Source: a virus (taxonomy: Duplodnaviria; Caudoviricetes). Taken from it: a stretch of 54,321 bases of DNA. The notes under the pieces are model-generated. The model searched no databases, had not been told where the DNA came from, and saw only the letters and a program-made list of their open reading frames with translations. Positions 53,123 through 54,321 of the stretch are shown piece by piece. Position 1 is the stretch's first letter, and every line of letters begins with the position of its first letter. Where the stretch lies: the IMG/VR virus record IMGVR_UViG_3300036985_004801, positions 1 to 54,321 of that record; one strand, 5' to 3'. The position numbers and the translations under genes are program-made.

Positions 53123-54321
53123 ATGGCAACTTATATACAAGGTCAAACCGATTATATTTCTCAGATTCAGCCTACAAAGCCTAATCTAGCGTTTGATGCA
53201 CAAGTTTTACAAACTTCACAAAGTAAATATGATGCTAACCATAAAAAGGTAAGTGATCTTTATGGTTCATTATTAAATTCAGCTATGACAAGAAGTTCAA
53301 ATCTTCAAGCAAGAGATGAATTTTTTAAGACAATTAATGATGATATTAAAAGAATGGGAAGTATGGATTTTTCATTAGATCAAAATGTTCAAGCTGCAGC
53401 AGGTGTCTTCCAATCTATCTATACAAATAATAATATTGTTAAAGATATGGTATGGACCAAAAACTTTAATGAAGAATCTCAAAGAGGTGAGTCTTTTAAA
53501 AATTGTCTTGATGAAACTAAGTGTGGAGGACAATGGTGGGAAGAAGGTGATAGATATATGGCTTACAAGAAAAAAGCTTTTGCAGATGCTACAGCAGATC
53601 AAGCATTAGCAATGGATGATGTTAAATATGTACCCTATAAAAGTGTAATGAAAGAATCAATTAAATTAGCTACAGCAGCTGGTTTAAATGTAGAAATGGA
53701 TAAAATTGATGGTAACTATAAAGTTACTACAAAAAACGGTATATTAATAAAGACTCCATTAACTGCTTTATTTTCAGAAACTATTGGTAAAGATCCAGCT
53801 TTCTCAAATATGTATACAGCTAAAGCTTATGTTAATAGAAATGACTGGGCTGCAAGTAAAGTTAATATGGGTGAGTTTAATACAATGGATGAAGCTCATT
53901 TAGGATATTTAAAAACTGTTGATAAAGAGAATCAAGCTAAACTTGATAAAGCTTCACAAGACTTAAATATTGATTTACATACTATTGATCAAAACATAAA
54001 AAACTATGAAGCTGATTATAAAGCTGGTAAATTTGAACAAGGTAGTGATAAATGGAATAAATATGTAGATGCTAAAAATTTACAAAATAGTGCACTGCAG
54101 GCTAAATCATATACTGATCAAATTCAACAGGTTTCTTTGTTAAAGAATAAACATATGGCTATAGAATCAATGTCTAGCAATATAGATAATCAAAATGCTT
54201 GGTCTTATATGAATGAAGATATTAACAAAGCTGTAGAAGCTCTACAATGGAAAGATGCTAAACAGACTATGGATTTAGATAAGTTAGCTGAGATAAGAAT
54301 TAATCATCAAAATGATATGGC
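53123..54321 (+). CDS. large internal virion/ejection protein, truncated at window end
   Basis: Not in track (no stop in window); ATG after A-rich leader, MATYIQGQTDYISQIQPTKPNLAF..., frame appears open to the end. Confidence 0.7.
   Translation, partial: MATYIQGQTDYISQIQPTKPNLAFDAQVLQTSQSKYDANHKKVSDLYGSLLNSAMTRSSNLQARDEFFKTINDDIKRMGSMDFSLDQNVQAAAGVFQSIYTNNNIVKDMVWTKNFNEESQRGESFKNCLDETKCGGQWWEEGDRYMAYKKKAFADATADQALAMDDVKYVPYKSVMKESIKLATAAGLNVEMDKIDGNYKVTTKNGILIKTPLTALFSETIGKDPAFSNMYTAKAYVNRNDWAASKVNMGEFNTMDEAHLGYLKTVDKENQAKLDKASQDLNIDLHTIDQNIKNYEADYKAGKFEQGSDKWNKYVDAKNLQNSALQAKSYTDQIQQVSLLKNKHMAIESMSSNIDNQNAWSYMNEDINKAVEALQWKDAKQTMDLDKLAEIRINHQNDM

Larger units (their letters stand above)
1..54321 (+). 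other. crAss-like bacteriophage genome segment (virion morphogenesis/late arm)
   Basis: Gene order TerL-portal-scaffold-MCP-conserved structural genes-IHF-like-tail ring-tail stabilisation-large cargo proteins, with sizes typical of Crassvirales; Bacteroidota-type promoters; no host housekeeping genes. Confidence 0.9.

Noticed and set aside
2262-53602. Minus-strand ORFs in the track (e.g. 11225-11617, 20237-20536, 21802-22245, 35898-36194, 52694-52999)
   Set aside because: All are antisense shadows of well-supported + strand genes, with no recognisable motifs.
16280-53609. Alternative-frame + strand ORFs (16280, 19677, 35983, 37938, 44336, 47804, 50588, 53385)
   Set aside because: Fully nested in larger genes; explained by codon bias or low-complexity sequence.
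1-54321. Stop-codon reassignment, known in some crAss-like phages
   Set aside because: Long genes are intact in code 11, and TAG and TGA both end tightly packed genes (e.g. TAG at 12358 and 13672, TGA at 17405 and 25288).
1-54321. tRNA/rRNA genes, integrase or transposase
   Set aside because: No cloverleaf or T-loop signatures in the short intergenic gaps and no recombinase or transposase motifs recognised by eye; tRNAscan-SE would confirm.

Overview
This is a 54-kb AT-rich segment of a crAss-like phage (Crassvirales-type, podovirus morphology). The host is almost certainly Bacteroidota: TAnnTTTG promoter boxes recur and the leaders are A-rich without Shine-Dalgarno motifs. Essentially all genes are on the + strand in the standard genetic code. 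Order: (1) repeat-rich control/origin-like region, RepL-like protein, GIY-YIG endonuclease, GroES-like co-chaperonin; (2) tail-spike/fibre module and a double lysis cassette; (3) HU/IHF-like protein, PD-(D/E)xK nuclease, terminase, portal, scaffold, major capsid protein; (4) tiny basic peptides and a Dps/ferritin-like protein; (5) Cys-rich/collagen fibre block, tail ring and tail stabilisation proteins; (6) large internal 'cargo' proteins, the last truncated by the window end. Top leads: a candidate 3'UTR-derived antisense RNA (37009-37070) complementary to the translation-initiation regions of three morphogenesis genes; a small ORF resembling a segment of the phage's own capsid protein; a shared xxGG motif system in cargo proteins, one ending in an ADP-ribosyltransferase-like domain; and three identical palindromic 18-mers upstream of the RepL-like gene. 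All family assignments are from motif recognition by eye, not database searches.
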